Shown: piece by piece, positions 1-14,888 of the stretch
Position numbering within the stretch: the stretch's first letter is position 1
How the letters are laid out: each line of letters begins with the position of its first letter
Source: the human T2T-CHM13v2.0 reference genome, Homo sapiens
Assembly: GCF_009914755.1 (NCBI RefSeq)
Contig: NC_060929.1
Reading direction: 5' to 3' (one strand)
Length of the DNA stretch: 64,000 nucleotides
Program-made: the position numbers and the translations under genes
The notes under the pieces: model-generated
Database searches by the model: none
Told to the model about the DNA's origin: nothing
Seen by the model: only the letters and a program-made list of their open reading frames with translations

Positions 1-735
1 TTTAGAATAAGGCCAAGAATTTCACCTTTTAATTCACAACGTGGTCAAGACTGATTAATACATGATGACTGTTTAATCTTCTCCAAAGGTTTACAATCCG
101 ACTAGTTGCATGACCCTTCAGGGCTGTTTTAACACAGATTAGGTAGCAGAAATACCACTTCCACATGCTGACACAAGTTTGTGCTGGCAGAAGAAAAAGA
201 AAAGTAAATGGGACAATATGATAAGGCAAGCAGATGTGTTTGGATAATGTGGTCAAGCCTCAGTGCTCCTGACCAAGTCTCCAATGTGGTTAAATTGATG
301 CCAAAACTAGCACGTTTTACTTTTACAGTAGACTTTGCAGGCTCTCTCTTCTCTACTTCTCTGTTAAGTTCTTTAGTCTTCTGAACTGCTGTTAAAATAC
401 ATTTGCAAGGTCTTTGCTTATATGACAGTAAATGTTCTCTGTGGCATTACTAATACAGATTAAATGCACCCTAGTAGAAAATAGGAAAAAAGAATTCTCT
501 TTGGCCCCTAATGAAATAACTGGGGTACTTGAATTTGAAGGCTCACCTTCCAACCACTTCCACTATGGGTGGTCTTTCCTTGTCAAAGTTAGTGTCTAGG
601 ATCACTGAGACATTTCCTTTCTGATCCACTTTCCTAAGGCTGGTGGATGCAGCACTGCTTGGATGCGGGGTCTACGGCATGGATGCAGTTTACAGAGGTC
701 TCCTGAGGTCTCCCATCTGCCACACAGGATTGAGG

Positions 736-1051
736 TTTTTTGTTTGTTTGTTTGTTTTGGAGACATGGTCTTACTCTGTCACCTAGACTAGAGTGTAGTA
801 TAGCATGATCATGGTTCACTGCAGCCTCGACATCCTGGGCTCAAGCAATCCTCCCACCTCAGCCTCCCGAGTAGCTGAGATGACAGGCATGTGCCACCAT
901 GCCCAGCGAAATTTTTGAATATTTTTTTTTTTTAGAGATGGGGGTCTCATTATGTTGCCTAGGCTGGTCTCAAGTTCCTGGGCTCAAGTGATCCTCCCGT
1001 CTCAGCTTACCAAAGTGCTGGGATTACAGGCATGAGCCATTGTACCTGGCC
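736..1051 (-). mobile_element. Alu (AluJ-like), full length
   Basis: Reverse-complement Alu with a (TTTG)n tail at 736-758, two monomers with a central T-rich linker, ending ...CATGAGCCATTGTACCTGGCC. High divergence and GCAGCCTCGACATCCTGGGCTCAAG are J-like. Confidence 0.93.
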
Positions 1052-1264
1052 AACTGAGATCATTATGTCAAAAAGTTGCAAGGACAAGAACAGATTTGTG
1101 ATTACTGTGATATCACCATTTCTAGTCAATGTTTCTCTAACTTGGTATTTATTGCCTTTAGACTTTGGCATAAAAGGTGAAGTGGCAGAGGATTTATCTG
1201 CAGCCTCACCCTCCACTGATAGAGGCAACTATGCCAGGGGGAAAACAGTTTATTTACATACCAC

Positions 1265-2187
<923 letters not shown>

Positions 2188-2923
2188 CCACCTAGTGGGC
2201 TTGGCTGCTATGGAAAAATGGCAGCTCCAAATGGGAAAATGGAGACAAGAACCAATCTAGTCTTTGGATGAAGACTTGGAGATGCCATTCAAAAGAGGTG
2301 CTCCGAAGACAGGCATCTTTTTATCCTGCCATCTTCATGGCCCTATCTAGTTCTGCCATTCATCATAACTCTGCAGGGTTAATGGCATAAGTCCTCATTT
2401 GCCTTTTAAAGTCAAGGGACACAGAAGAGCTATTTCAGGAGGCTAAGGTGGTTCATTTTGGAAACAAGATGCTTCAGTAAAATAATAAATCATTTCAATA
2501 ATAAGTATGTGTTGGAAACCAAGGGCAGAATCTTTGTTTACCAGAGTCAAAGCTCTAAAACCTGGTGATAACCATAATCCCAAAGGCCACTGAGATTAGG
2601 ATCACTCTTCATATTATCAGGCTTTCTTATCTCAGCTCCATTTGCCCACATGGCCTTGGGGCTCTTACGCAAGTACTGGCTTCCTATGACACAGAGTCAC
2701 AAGCTCAGAGTCACAGGCTTGTAAAGGTCCATGTAATGACTTCCCTGAGACACTCTGATTGCTTTACAACTTGAAAGATAAACTACTAACAAACATCTGT
2801 ACATGCCTATAATGAGTTAGCTCACTAGCTAAAAAGTCTGCTCCTTCTTTTCCTAGGATAACCCTACTACTGCACCCCACACTGTATGTGTCCTCACATC
2901 TTGTGTCCATGTGTTCCTTCAGT

Positions 2924-3075
2924 CAGTGTCTCTCAAATATGAATGTGTATGCCAATCACCTGAAGATCTTGTTAAAATGCAGATTCATATCCAGGCACTC
3001 TGGTATCAGGCCTGAGCATCTACATTTCTAATAAGCTTTTGGGTGATGCTCATGCTGCTGGTTCAGGAGCAAGGC
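2924..3075. mobile_element. MER5A-like hAT-Charlie MITE remnant
   Basis: CAGTGTCTCTCAAA...AATCACCTGAAGATCTTGTTAAAATGCAGATTC...CATTTCTAATAAGCT...GGTGATGCTCATGCTGCTGG, typical MER5 motifs. Confidence 0.75.
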
Positions 3076-4187
3076 TTTAAGATTACTTGCCAAGCTGACT
3101 GTAGGGATGTAACTAGGTAATCACTGGGAGTTCTTTTGTGCAGCCATCAGACCACTGCCTGGAAAGCCCCCACACTCATTACAGATCCTGATCTTAACTC
3201 CCCTCCAATGAACATAACAGCACAAGGGAGAATTACAGGGCTTCCAAAACTCAGAGCCTGCAAACTATACTGAGCCCACCCATTTTCCCTGATTCCCTCT
3301 CCTCTCACTTTAACCATTACCACCTTTTTATTGCTCATTATCGCTAGTCTGAGCAAACACAGGCTTCAGCCTGATAAGCAATCAACTGACTTTTCCATAT
3401 AGATTCTCATGAAAAACAAAAAGGAAAGGGAACAAAATGGAAAGGTGTTATATATTGAATTTATTTTAGGTTCCAACCCTATTTTTTTTCCTTAGGCTTA
3501 TTGTCTGATTTCCATTAAGTCATTTCTGTTTGCTGTTTGCCTTTGAGTCAGATTTTCCTGGTACTCTAAAAGGACTTTAAAACAATTTTTTAAAAATCTA
3601 TTAGCCTCAACAAAATTTATCTTTTTTGTTCTAGTGGCATTAAGTAAATGCTAGGTAGTACTGTGGACATGCATACAAGTGTCCTGAAGAGGTATAGCAT
3701 TGATGTTGCTGAAATATCTCATATTCAATTTTATGGAAATCTTTGCTTTGATCCTTCCAAGTCATCTTTATTGAATTGCTAGCCAAAGCATGCACTAAAC
3801 CCTCTGAATGTATTCATCCTACATTTGTATGTTTCTTTTTAAAGATTCAAACATAGAAAATTAACTCCTAAGAATTTGAAATGCCAGCAAATTTGAGACA
3901 TGTGTTGTAGAAAATAAGTGGTTCTGACACATTATTAAGGTGAAAAGGCCAGTATTTTTAAAGCATTCATCATTTTCCCCTCATTTTTTAACTATTTCAT
4001 TAATATTCTCTAAGTAACGTACTGGTTAAAGGCCTTTGTTTTATCTATTAAGGAAGCTTCTGCAACAGAAGCTTTTATTTCATAACAGTATTACTAACAA
4101 GCAAGCATTAAGACTGGCCAATAATGTCTTTGGATCTAAACCAGGGGATAAAATCCAATGATGTAAACTGCTATGTATCTGATACTT

Positions 4188-4212
4188 AAAAAAAAAAAAA
4201 AAAAAAAAAAAA
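4188..4212 (+). repeat. Poly(A)25 mononucleotide tract
   Basis: 25 consecutive A residues with no adjacent retroelement body. Confidence 0.95.
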
Positions 4213-7200
4213 GCCAAATGATCCCCTGAGTCAACACCCGTGAATGTAAAGTGTTCTGCAAATAAGGAAGGAACATGATCAGCACTGTTAATTAAGGTAT
4301 ATTATACTCAGATCCTTGCAATATGTAAGCTACACTTTGAGAGGAGCTAAAGTGCTTTTAGGGGCTACAAATTAATGCCATCTCCAAAAGTGCTGAACCT
4401 TATCCCCGGCCTCACATTTGTGCTGGGGACTCTGACCTTCATGGTAGCATGGTTATTTTGAAGACCACCTATCCTATCACTTACATTTACATCTGCAAAC
4501 AGGGATGTCTGGCAGCCCTGAAACTTAATTTCCCACTTTGGGGTTGACCAGTCTTGAATTGGCTCCAAAGCTCTGTGGTATCAATACAGCTGGACACTAC
4601 AGGCCAGTTATAATGCCTTCGCCTTCCTTGACGGCTTTCTTCTCTTGACTTGAGATTTGATTTATGGACCTTAGTTCTTGTTTCCAGGGAAGGCTATCAC
4701 ACTCTCGATACTGTACATTTAGATGCCATGCCCAAGGTGGCTGAACAGTAGTTCTCCAGACTCACGGTGCATTTCAGTGAACATCACATTTCTCATCACA
4801 CTGGAGCAGAAAACTTGCTTTGGAGTGGTATATGGAGTGAAGTTCCAAGGTCCTGCTTGGGTTCTGGAGGGTGACTACAGGCTGTGAATACATCTCAGGG
4901 TTTCTGGGAGTCAGGAATTATAAAACAGGCTTCATGGTATTTGTGTTACTTTCAAGGCTTTTCTCAACTTATGGTGTATAAATATAATGCTGCATACCAC
5001 GGAAAAGTTATTGTTGTGTTTAAACAACACATTTTTCATTGATATAGCTTCTTCAGCTCAAGAGTTTTAAGATATGTTTCCAAAAATCCCCTTTCCAATG
5101 GGAAAATTGAGGCCAAGGAACAACTGCCCACAGATTAGACCAAGTCAACAGAAGAGATAAGAAGACAACCTTATTCTCTCTGCCTGGATGGCTTCAATTC
5201 ACCTTAAAACAGTATTGCTTTGCACAGTTCTGTTCTGCAAAAGAGTTTTATCCAATGGCATTGTCCAATATCATTTTAAACGCTATGCTTAAATGAATGC
5301 TGCCTTGGAAACTAAAAGAATAATAGGACAGGCCTGGCCTTCTCTATCTGCAATTTCTACTTCTAGAAAGAAGTATACAACAAGTAAAGCATGATCTTGT
5401 AGATAGAGTACTCTAAACCACTGATTTAAAGGTTCTCAGTGCTAGCTGATGGAAAGACCAAATAAGCACTTTTCAGGCTCTCTGATGAATCAACGAAAAA
5501 TACAAATAAAAATCACTGTAAGCAAACAACAAAATGGACCTGATAAATCATCTCTTAAAACCTAGATGGAAAAAACATCACATGCTAAATTCCCTTAATA
5601 TCGCCAGGGACCTACTAAAAGCATACTTTACAAGTCTTTATAAGCCTCTACCATTTGAGGGCCTGAATCTAGAAATAAAAATTTCTCTTGGAGTCAGAGA
5701 GGTGAGCATTCATAATGGAATAAGTTCCCCCATTCCATACCCTCCCATAGCGTATGGAGAGCTCGGCACTAGAACAGAAGCACTGAAGCCTGGAGAGGAG
5801 AGATTAGAAGCAGGAGGATCTTGATCATGCTTATCTCCTGGAGAAGACCAGACTACCATAAAGCCCTCATGGATTTGGAAGGGGAAACAAGAATGGGGAG
5901 CTGGTATGGAGGTAGCTCAAGCTAAAACCCCAGGGACCCATGGTTGTCTATCCTCTGACTGCAGGTTAGGAGGCTAATTTTCTTTTCATCTCCACCAACA
6001 TTGCCCAGACAAAACAAAATATAAACAGGTGGAAACAGGAGACATGAAATAAGAATAATTTTATTTATAATAAGTGGGAAATTACCCTCTTCTCTTCTAA
6101 CAAGGCATACATATCCAATTACTGTTAACAGAATGTGCCATATCAGTACTTTTCTGGTGACAACAGGAATGCAGTATACTCTTTATACAAAATTCACAAG
6201 GGAGTTTCCCTCCACCAAATCATTCATACTATGTACAAATTATAACACTTTTCAGAGCATTTAGTAGTATACAAACAATAGTCAGAACACACAAACGATA
6301 CTTATGCACTTTCACAAACACCTCTTTGCCAAAGTGCTACCTGTACGATCGGTCACAGCACACATTCCATTCAATTAGCTGTGACCCAGAAATGCCAGTT
6401 ACATTGCTCTTGGGCCTTCTAAATGGTCATCTAAATGATCATGTTTGAGTCAGTGATGGATCCTAACCTTGTACAAGCAGAAAATATGAAACTGCATTGC
6501 TTTAGGATTTGAGTGGAAAGGGACTGATGGTTAAAGAGTTAATTTTTTTAGAGGCACTTTAAATCACAGTCATTGTCATTTTAAAATATAAATGTTATAC
6601 ATATCCATTGATTATTTTAGGTCATTCATTTTCAAAATATTTCCTCTTATGGCTACTTCTAAGCATCCTTGGTTTTTATTTTAAAAGCAAAATCAACATA
6701 TCTACTGAAGGTTAGTCACAAATTTCACATTGTCAGCAATATCTAGTTTATTTTAAGAAAGGAGAGATTACCAAGAAAATGATCCTCTCTAAGGTTATCT
6801 GACACCATTTCTCCACCTTTTGGTTCTGAACATTGAAACCATGTCTGTGAAATAATACTCCAAAAGTGCTAATGTTAACAATATCTAATGATACAGGAAT
6901 CCCATGGCAGGCTCTGAGGGCTGGAAACTTTGCCTTTAACTGGGTTTACTGAACCAATGAGAAGGCAAAAGAGATGCTTTTCTCAGAAATGTTGATCTAA
7001 TCTTCTTTAAGTACCATTTTTTGAAGGATCTGTCAGCATGTGCCCAGTGGACATCTCTGCACCCTGTAGCCTGGGGACCTTCCACAGCACACAGGTTCTC
7101 TGCAGTAATAACAGTAATAACAGTGCTTTAGGTTTACCTGGGCTTCAGGCTTTGTAAAAACAGGACATCATTTGATCTGCACCAAAACTCTGAGAGAAAA

Positions 7201-7767
7201 CTTGGCTTTCTAATAATCTTACACATAAGGAACATTATTCTCAGGATGATTAATTAAATCAGAGGCTGCCAATATTGACTGATCATCACAATCACCTGAT
7301 GGGCATTGATTCATAGATGCCCATACTTCAGCCCTGGAGATCAGGTTTGTCTTGGGCAACCCAGTACCTCAAGCAGCCTCATGCCTAAAATTCTCACTCT
7401 GAAGGATAGGAATCTAACATTGTCAGAAGAGGTCATGGATCAGCACCATTTTCAAACGCTGGCATCCGTTAGCACATTTAACAACTAACACTGCACAAAA
7501 GGATCATTAGGGAATAGTCTCTGTTCTTGGAGACCTCAAAGATGAGTGGCTTTATGGAATTCATAAAGCATCACTTAGATGAGGTACACATACAGGTCAT
7601 GACCAAATAGAACATGGGTGAAATAATCTGAAGGGGAAAAGCAGAGGAAGCGAGTGACATGCAGGGGCTTTGAGAGTAGGGGAGGTGTCAAAATGGATAA
7701 CATAGGCAATAACAGCCAAATATGCCCGTGTTACAAGTGTAGAATCAATTCTGCATGATAGTCTTAG

Positions 7768-7770
<3 letters not shown>

Positions 7771-7817
<47 letters not shown>
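7771..7817 (+). repeat. (AC)23 microsatellite
   Basis: Uninterrupted AC dinucleotide run. Confidence 0.97.
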
Positions 7818-7818
<1 letters not shown>

Positions 7819-7892
7819 TCTCTTTGCAGCTCATCCTCTATCAGCAGAAGATTTACCTTTACAAAGCAGAAGATTTGAGGGGAAATATAAAA

Positions 7893-8095
7893 ATAGGAAA
7901 CACTTATCTAGTGCTTATGATGTAATGGGAACTCAAGGGAATGTATACATATGGACTAATTTAATCCTCACAGCAACCCTATAAGGCAGATGCTATTACT
8001 ACTCCATCTTACAAAGGAGGAAACTGAGGCCCAAGGAGGTTAAGGAGCTTGCCTGATGTCACACAGCTAGAGAGTGATGGATTTGAACCCAGGCA
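7893..8095 (-). mobile_element. MIR SINE
   Basis: MIR core in reverse: TTAATCCTCACAGCAACCCTATAAGG...GAAACTGAGGCCCAAGGAGGTTAAG...GTCACACAGCTAG...GGATTTGAACCCAGG. Confidence 0.85.
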
Positions 8096-11000
8096 CTGGC
8101 TTCTCTGCAGGTCAGTGACATGCAGTCTCTTCTCCCATGCACATAGTTTCATTTGCGGACATCTTTTCATTCCCACCCACCACTAAGTTTTGACCTGATT
8201 GTTAAGTTCAGATATAATAGGTATCTCAGAGGTCGTAATCACAACAAGCTTTCTCTTTCAGCTTCCTGTCTGCAATTAAACACAGATGTGCTACAACAAC
8301 ATCAATAATCCCACTAAAGAATTAGTGTGTCTGGACTGACAATGTAACGTATCAGGAGCCATCAACTTTCTGACAGCTATCGTAGGACTTTAAAACATAT
8401 CTGCCAGATGTTTGTCACAAGGATTCTCCTGAGAACCAGTCACAGGATCTTGTCTGTAGATTCTGACTGCAGTTTTCTACATGAACCTGAAGAAATGGTG
8501 ACAAAGGAAAATACAGGCATGCCAATCACTACCCACCAAATGTCACTGACACCAAAGAATCACTGATTAACCTGGAGAGCACTGCAAGGTGAGCTATAGG
8601 CTTGTTCTTGCTCTTTAAAATGTCCTAGAGTGTCTAAAATAACACTATTTACGGCCTAACGCTTCCTCTGATGTACACATTTCCTTTAAAAAAGGATTTT
8701 GTAGTCAATCATTTTTTTTTCAGTATGTTTTAGCGTGTTAAGTTGAAAATTACAAAGAACAATATTTGGGTAAAGTGATAAAACACATAACTTTACACAG
8801 ACTAAGTCTTTTTAGTCAAGGGGAGAAGTTCTATTTTTCCAAGCCAGGGTAAAGGCAGGTGCCACAGAGGTCTATGGGAATGAAATGAGATGGTGCATAT
8901 AAAAAAGCTCTGCAAAACTTTACACTAATTACCTGGCCACTTTCTGGGTCAACTGATGATCTGCTAATAAATGAAATACTCCGGGTTCATTAAAGGGACG
9001 CTCTTCTCCATCCTTCAGCATAGCTACACAAGGCCATGGAGCAATTTAGTTAAGCGGCCCGGGCAGTATGAAGGTGAGACAGCCACCGTCTTGTGAGGGA
9101 GCATCAGGCCACATCCTCTGTACTGGCAGGAAGGTTCAAAACCGATCTATTTCGGTGAAGGGACAGCTATGGAAAAGCCTATTTACACTTACAGGAAGTG
9201 TTACTAATGGGGCACTTTTACAAATCCAATAGAAAATAATTTCATAAGAGGTGCCAAAATGTTGCCAGATGGGACAAAAATGAATACGTTGTCATTCCAC
9301 CATTGCCAAAATATGCTGGAAAATTTTAAAGAGTAAAATCTTTTGTGGATTGGGTGTAGGGATAAGTTACTAATGATGGCGATCCTGTCTCCAGGAGAAA
9401 AGCATCTTCTAGCAAGACAAGGGCCCAAGAGGAGTTGGCCCTGCTCTAGGGAGAATTCGCTCATTGTGAATCTTTGTGAGTCACCAAAGGACACTTCTCC
9501 ATTTAGAAAAAAGCAAACCGCTTAGAAAACTATAGAGGGAAAATGAGTACATACAGCACATATGCACATACAATATATTATTATTAGACAACTATATTAC
9601 TTTGAATAATACGTTACATAATTTTGTATCAGATCTATTTTTTGTGACTGTGTTTGGAAAGTTTTATTAACATATTCACTTTAAACACAAATACCTTTCA
9701 GTACTTGAAAATCCATTAAGTATAATCTTAGCCAAATTTCTTATAAACCTCAGTGAAACCACCTCTGAACTCCAGGTTCAGTCCCTCAAAGGGATTAAAT
9801 CTTAAACACACCATCACAACCACAGCTCTGGCGGCTCACACTTGGTGTCATTAGCGTCTATTTAATATGGCAGCTGATGCCTTGTGGTCCCTTGCAAAAG
9901 GGGGAGAGCAGAGCCTTGGAGAAAAGTGAATTATAATTGCCTGCCACAGGACTGTGTGGCGCTGCCTGTGACAGCAGCAAATGGGGAAAATAGGAAGGCA
10001 TTAGAGAAGGTCTGTTGTACTGATGAAGTGGAATTCCTAGAACACACTGTGCTATAAAATGAGATTTGGCTCCACAGTGCTGGGAGCAAACAATGGACTC
10101 AATAGTACCCGGCCTTGGTTGCTGGGCATATTCTAGCTCCTTTAGTCAGAGCAGCCTTTCATTCAAAGGAGCAGGAGCCACACTAGAGAATGGGAAAGAG
10201 GGGGTGGATTCCTGGTCCAGAGAAATCCTGAGAGTGAGATGTTAGGGGGGAAAAAACCAACATCCTTTCAACCAGGATGAATAGTACCATGATAAGATAG
10301 CTTCTCACACTCCATACGATACAGCAACCATGTATACCATTTTTTAAAATAAGTAATTATAGAAATGACTGATAAAATGTGTCCAGCCTGGGTTAATACC
10401 AATTGTGTTTTGGAAATATCTGTAGTGGAGCATGGATCGTTCTTAAATCTGTATTCCTGGAGAGGAGTGGGAAAAAGGAGACTTCAATAGGTAATGATGG
10501 GAGGAGGGCCACAGAGAGCCCTATAGTAGGAAAGGGCTTTCCACTGTAATAAACAGTAATAAACAGTAACATCAGTAAAAGTGTTTTAAACCATGCATTG
10601 TAAAACTACATCCTGCCTTAGAAAGAATTATTATTTGCCGGCACATAGATGGGAACAGATTCCAATAGTATTAATAATAAGCCAGGAGTTAGAGTTTGTT
10701 CCCAACTTGCAAAATTCAGAGGAAAAAAAGAGGAGAGAATGCTTACTCAAAAAGTGTCTCTAGCACTAAAAAGACAGTTGAACTGTTGAAATCAAACTTA
10801 ATTGTATCCTGTACAAGTAGGAGCAAGCCCTATCTAATGATTTATGGGGCATAGTCAAACCAGTTTGCCCCTGAAATATCCACTTTAAAACAGCTTTAGG
10901 TTTTTAAAATCCATCTAGCAAAAATATTTGCACAAAACTACATCACAGATAAAATAAAATACACACATTTATTTGGAGGGGTTCATATTAAGATAATACG

Positions 11001-12018
11001 TAACAATTTGTATAAAGTATTTGTTCAAAAACTACTGCATAGAAACCAACTTTGTGGAGAAAATTCTGCATTTTAAGACTTGCTTTGGTGAGAGGTGGGT
11101 GGTGAAGTCCAAATGATCCTTCCTTGGCCTACCTTCTTAAAAGGTTTCAATTAAGTATATACATACAAGCATATATACATATAAAACAAATATTCAGTAC
11201 CTTTTGGGAGTTTCATGTCAAGAAGCCCTGGAACCAAAAATCTCTGGCTATGGAGAAAGCTCAGTTCCCCAACAGGGCCTCCTCCCTAAGCCAGGAAAGG
11301 CAGGCTTGGGCGTTGAGATGGTCAACAGCAGATACAGCCCATTCCTGCCTTATTTGTTGAGATTGTCAGGAGGGTGCCAATTAGTGCCTATTTTGATGAA
11401 GCCTTTTGTGTTGTGAACATCTGTCCACTAGCATCTGGTCAGGGTCCAAGTCCATTTCACAAGAAACACCAAACAGCTGTCAGATGGTTCTGACTTTGGG
11501 TAAATACCAAATGAACACAATCCTCTCTGCCACCGGGAAGGAGGGGCCCCAGTTCCCATTATCCAGCTCCAGAGACACCCAGTCTCCAAGCTTTTGTTAG
11601 CACATTCCCTAACCCCTGACCAACAAGTTCCTTATTTTTGTGAATCAGGCTGTGCCCACCTGAGTAAACTAGAATGGATAAAGCCAAAATTAACTCTTGT
11701 TTGCTTGAGAGCTAATGATCAGCCCTTGTTTCTCTTCTTGACTCACCCAACTTCTTTTCTATCTCCTCATTACACCTCAGTGAAGTAGGGGTGAAGGCAG
11801 GCTCAGAATAGGGGTTTACTTTCCAATCTATCCACTTTGCTGTTTAGCGGTTCAGCTGTTTGGTTTTGTGAAAGACAACTGTTTAAACCCCATGACTCAA
11901 TCTGAAAATTCAGTTTATTGGTACGAGTAGTTAATGCCACATATAACAAAGTTTTATTATATAAAATAAACTTGTTTGTATCTATACATTGGTTTTGAGT
12001 CAGACATTAAGTTAACAG

Positions 12019-12320
12019 AGCCAGGTGCAGTGGCTCATGCCTGTAATCCTAGCTACTTGGGAGGCTGAGGCAGGAGGACCATTTGAAGCCAGGAGTTCTG
12101 GACTAGCCTGAGCAACATGGCAAGACCCCCCCTCAAAAAAAAAAAATTGTAAAAATTATCCAGGCTCGGTGTGCACCTGTAATCCCAGCTACTCAGGAGG
12201 ATCACTTGAGCCCAGGAGCTCGAGGCTGCAGTAAGCTATGATCATGCCATGCTACTACACTTCAGCTTGGGCAACAGGAGACCAGTCTCTAAAAGATAAA
12301 TACATATTTTTAAAAAATCT
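12019..12320 (+). mobile_element. Alu (AluJ-like) with small internal deletions
   Basis: GCCAGGTGCAGTGGCTCATGCCTGTAATCC..., second monomer GGATCACTTGAGCCCAGGAG. Degenerate TSD ATTAAGTTAACAGAG / ATTAATTGACAGAG. Confidence 0.9.
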
Positions 12321-12904
12321 AATTAATTGACAGAGATCTTTGGGCCCTCTTTGTTAGTGAAAATCCCTGAGTATTGTGTTTCCAAATACACAATCTACAT
12401 TACCTACAATCTAAACACTGCATTCAGAAAACTCACCCAGTGAGGAAATACTTGATATTATGACCTCGGAGTTTCTTCCTCTGAGAACAGAAGACAGGAA
12501 GGCTATAGCTCAAGGCACCATGGGCCTGATAAACATAGGCTCCTAACTGGGCACCGGACCCAACAAAGGCAAATAACAACTGTAGCAAAACATAGTCACC
12601 TAACTCCTAATGCCTTATTTAATATTTTAGAAATATCCAATAAGATCTAATTTAGCACTCTGCACATAGTAGGCATGTACTATATTTCCTAAATAAAATG
12701 AAATAATGATTACTTACTTAGTTATTTTAAACCATGCTCTGACACACAAAAGAACATAAAGAGACAGAAACTGGCAGAAAGATTCATCTGGACACTATCA
12801 TCTCCTCATCATCTTTTTAGTTTTACTTGTCAAGAACCCATATCCTGCTGGTGACAAAAACATTGAATTTAGCTCATTATATTAGGAGGGTTTGGTGTCA
12901 AATA

Positions 12905-13125
12905 TTAATAGCTAATTTTTATTGAGTGTTTATGTACCAGACATCATTCTGGTGCATATTGTTTCATTTAATCATCAGACTCCCTTTATGAGGAAGGTAC
13001 CATTAGTATTTCCCCTTTACAGATGATGAATATGAGGCACAGAGATGTTAAGTAATGTTCCCAAGATCTCACAGCCAATAGAATAGCAACCTCCAGAGCC
13101 CATACTTTTAACTACTCTATCATAA
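12905..13125 (-). mobile_element. MIR SINE
   Basis: TTTACAGATGATGAATATGAGGCACAGAGATGTTAAGTAATGTTCCCAAGATCTCACAGC, the MIR core in reverse. Confidence 0.85.
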
Positions 13126-13690
13126 CACCCCTCTAGAAGAAAAGCTGACTTCCAAGTGTCATTTTGGTGTTCAGCGTCATTTTGTGTGTGTGTAGCGCTA
13201 ATATGATTTTAGTTGTTCTTCCTGATCTGAGTTTCAGAACTTTGGAAAACCACTGTTACCAGTAACCATTTTTATAGAAAACATGTCAGTCACTCTGCTG
13301 CTGTAAGCTGGATGTACTTGGAGTGTTGCAACGTTACCTTCATAATCCACTGAGAATGCCATCATTATACATGCAAAAAATAGCTACTGTGTCTGAAATT
13401 TACTCTCCCCACTTTCTGCAGACTCTGGAGTATGCTTATTCTTCATCCAAGAAAAAGCAGAGTTGGCACTACTGTGAGAAAAGTACTTAACACCACCATT
13501 TAGGTTGTAGGGTGTGCTTCTCTTCTTAATATCTTTAGAGAATAATCTTTAAAGTGCTTGGATCTACTCTTTGAAGGTTTGTAATAGAAAAATGTGTTGA
13601 AGTTTGAGAACTCTTCTCTGAGGACTAATTATATCATAAATTTTGAGGCTGTCTGGTCAAACACATCCCACCCAATGGTGGTTGAAATAC

Positions 13691-13941
13691 TTTTCTTTTT
13701 GTTTTTTGAGACAGAGTCTCATTCTGTCTCCCAGGCTGCAGTGCAGCGGTCCAATCTCCACCTCCTGGGCTCAAGCGATTCTCGTGCCTCAGTCTCCCAA
13801 GTAGCTGGGATTACAGGCATGAGACACCACTCCTGGCTAATTTTTGTATTTTTAGTAGAGACGGGGTTTTGCCATGTCGCCCAGGCTTGTCTCAAACTCC
13901 CGGCCTCAAGCCATTGGCCTGCTTTGGCCTCGCAAAGTGCT
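13691..13941 (-). mobile_element. Alu, 5'-truncated
   Basis: T-rich tail, GAGACAGAGTCTCATTCTGT...CTAATTTTTGTATTTTTAGTAGAGACGGGG...GGCCTCGCAAAGTGCT. Lacks the first ~30 nt of the Alu consensus. Confidence 0.9.
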
Positions 13942-14748
13942 TTTCTTAATACTTATAATTTTTATTTAAACTAAAGAAGTTCTTATAGCCTTATTTAGAG
14001 AGAGCTTATTTTATCACATGTAGCTTTTTTGCACATACAAAATAGAAAATAAAAGTGAAGTTAATTGGTTAAGGTAGTCCTAAAACCTGTGTTAGACTTG
14101 GTATTCCGGATATGGCTTCAATTCACAGTCACTGGTGTGTGTTTTTTCCAGTGCTGTCTTCTATGCCATCAAGAGCACTGGTGATGTGCACATTTTAATT
14201 TATTCAAAATCTTTCAAACTATGTATCATAAACTTAACACTCTAGCTGCTGACTAGATGGTAGCATTCTGTGTGTTTTGTCACCTTTCCGGGGATCTAAA
14301 CAAAAGTGGTTGTGCTGAGATTCAGTAACACTAGAGGGCAGCCTCCAAGTAAAGTTAGAAACAAGCGATAGCACAACTATGCAATAATGTGGCACGTAAT
14401 AGATAAATAATCTATAATTTGGTTTCTCGGCATTATGATACCAACTCAAATATGGTGTCCCAACATTTTTTAAAAATCAAATCGTTCCTTAATGTTTACT
14501 TCTAATATGCCTTTAAAATAAGACATCCAAACAAACAGTTTCATAAAGGTTCTCTAGAACCTTTCTAGATATTCAGTTTGTTAAAGCCCCCTGAAAATAG
14601 TTGATTTTCCAATCCTGTTTTGTTTTCCTTTTGTTACTCAGCTTCTTTTTAAAATACAGAATGAGAATAAAACATTCATGTTACAAGTTTTATTTAGAAA
14701 CCCCACAAAGAAAAATGTAACATGAAAGATAAATATAGAATACCCATC

Positions 14749-14888
14749 TTTTTTAATTTTTACTTTTACTTTAAGTCTTGGGATACATGTGCTGAATGTG
14801 CAGGTTTGTTACATAGGTATATATGTGCCACGGTGGTTTGCTGCACCTATCAATCCATCATCTAGGTTTTAAGCCCCGCATGCTTTAG
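14749..14888 (-). mobile_element. Severely 5'-truncated L1PA (older primate subfamily) 3' end
   Basis: GGGATACATGTGCTGAATGTGCAGGTTTGTTACATAGGTATATATGTGCC is the L1PA 3'UTR in reverse. Perfect 12-bp TSD AGAATACCCATC at 14737-14748 and 14889-14900. Confidence 0.9.

Noticed and set aside
4054-4074. Perfect 9-bp hairpin AAGCTTCTG-CAA-CAGAAGCTT
   Set aside because: A 9-bp inverted repeat is expected by chance in 64 kb, and there is no pre-miRNA-length stem or supporting context.
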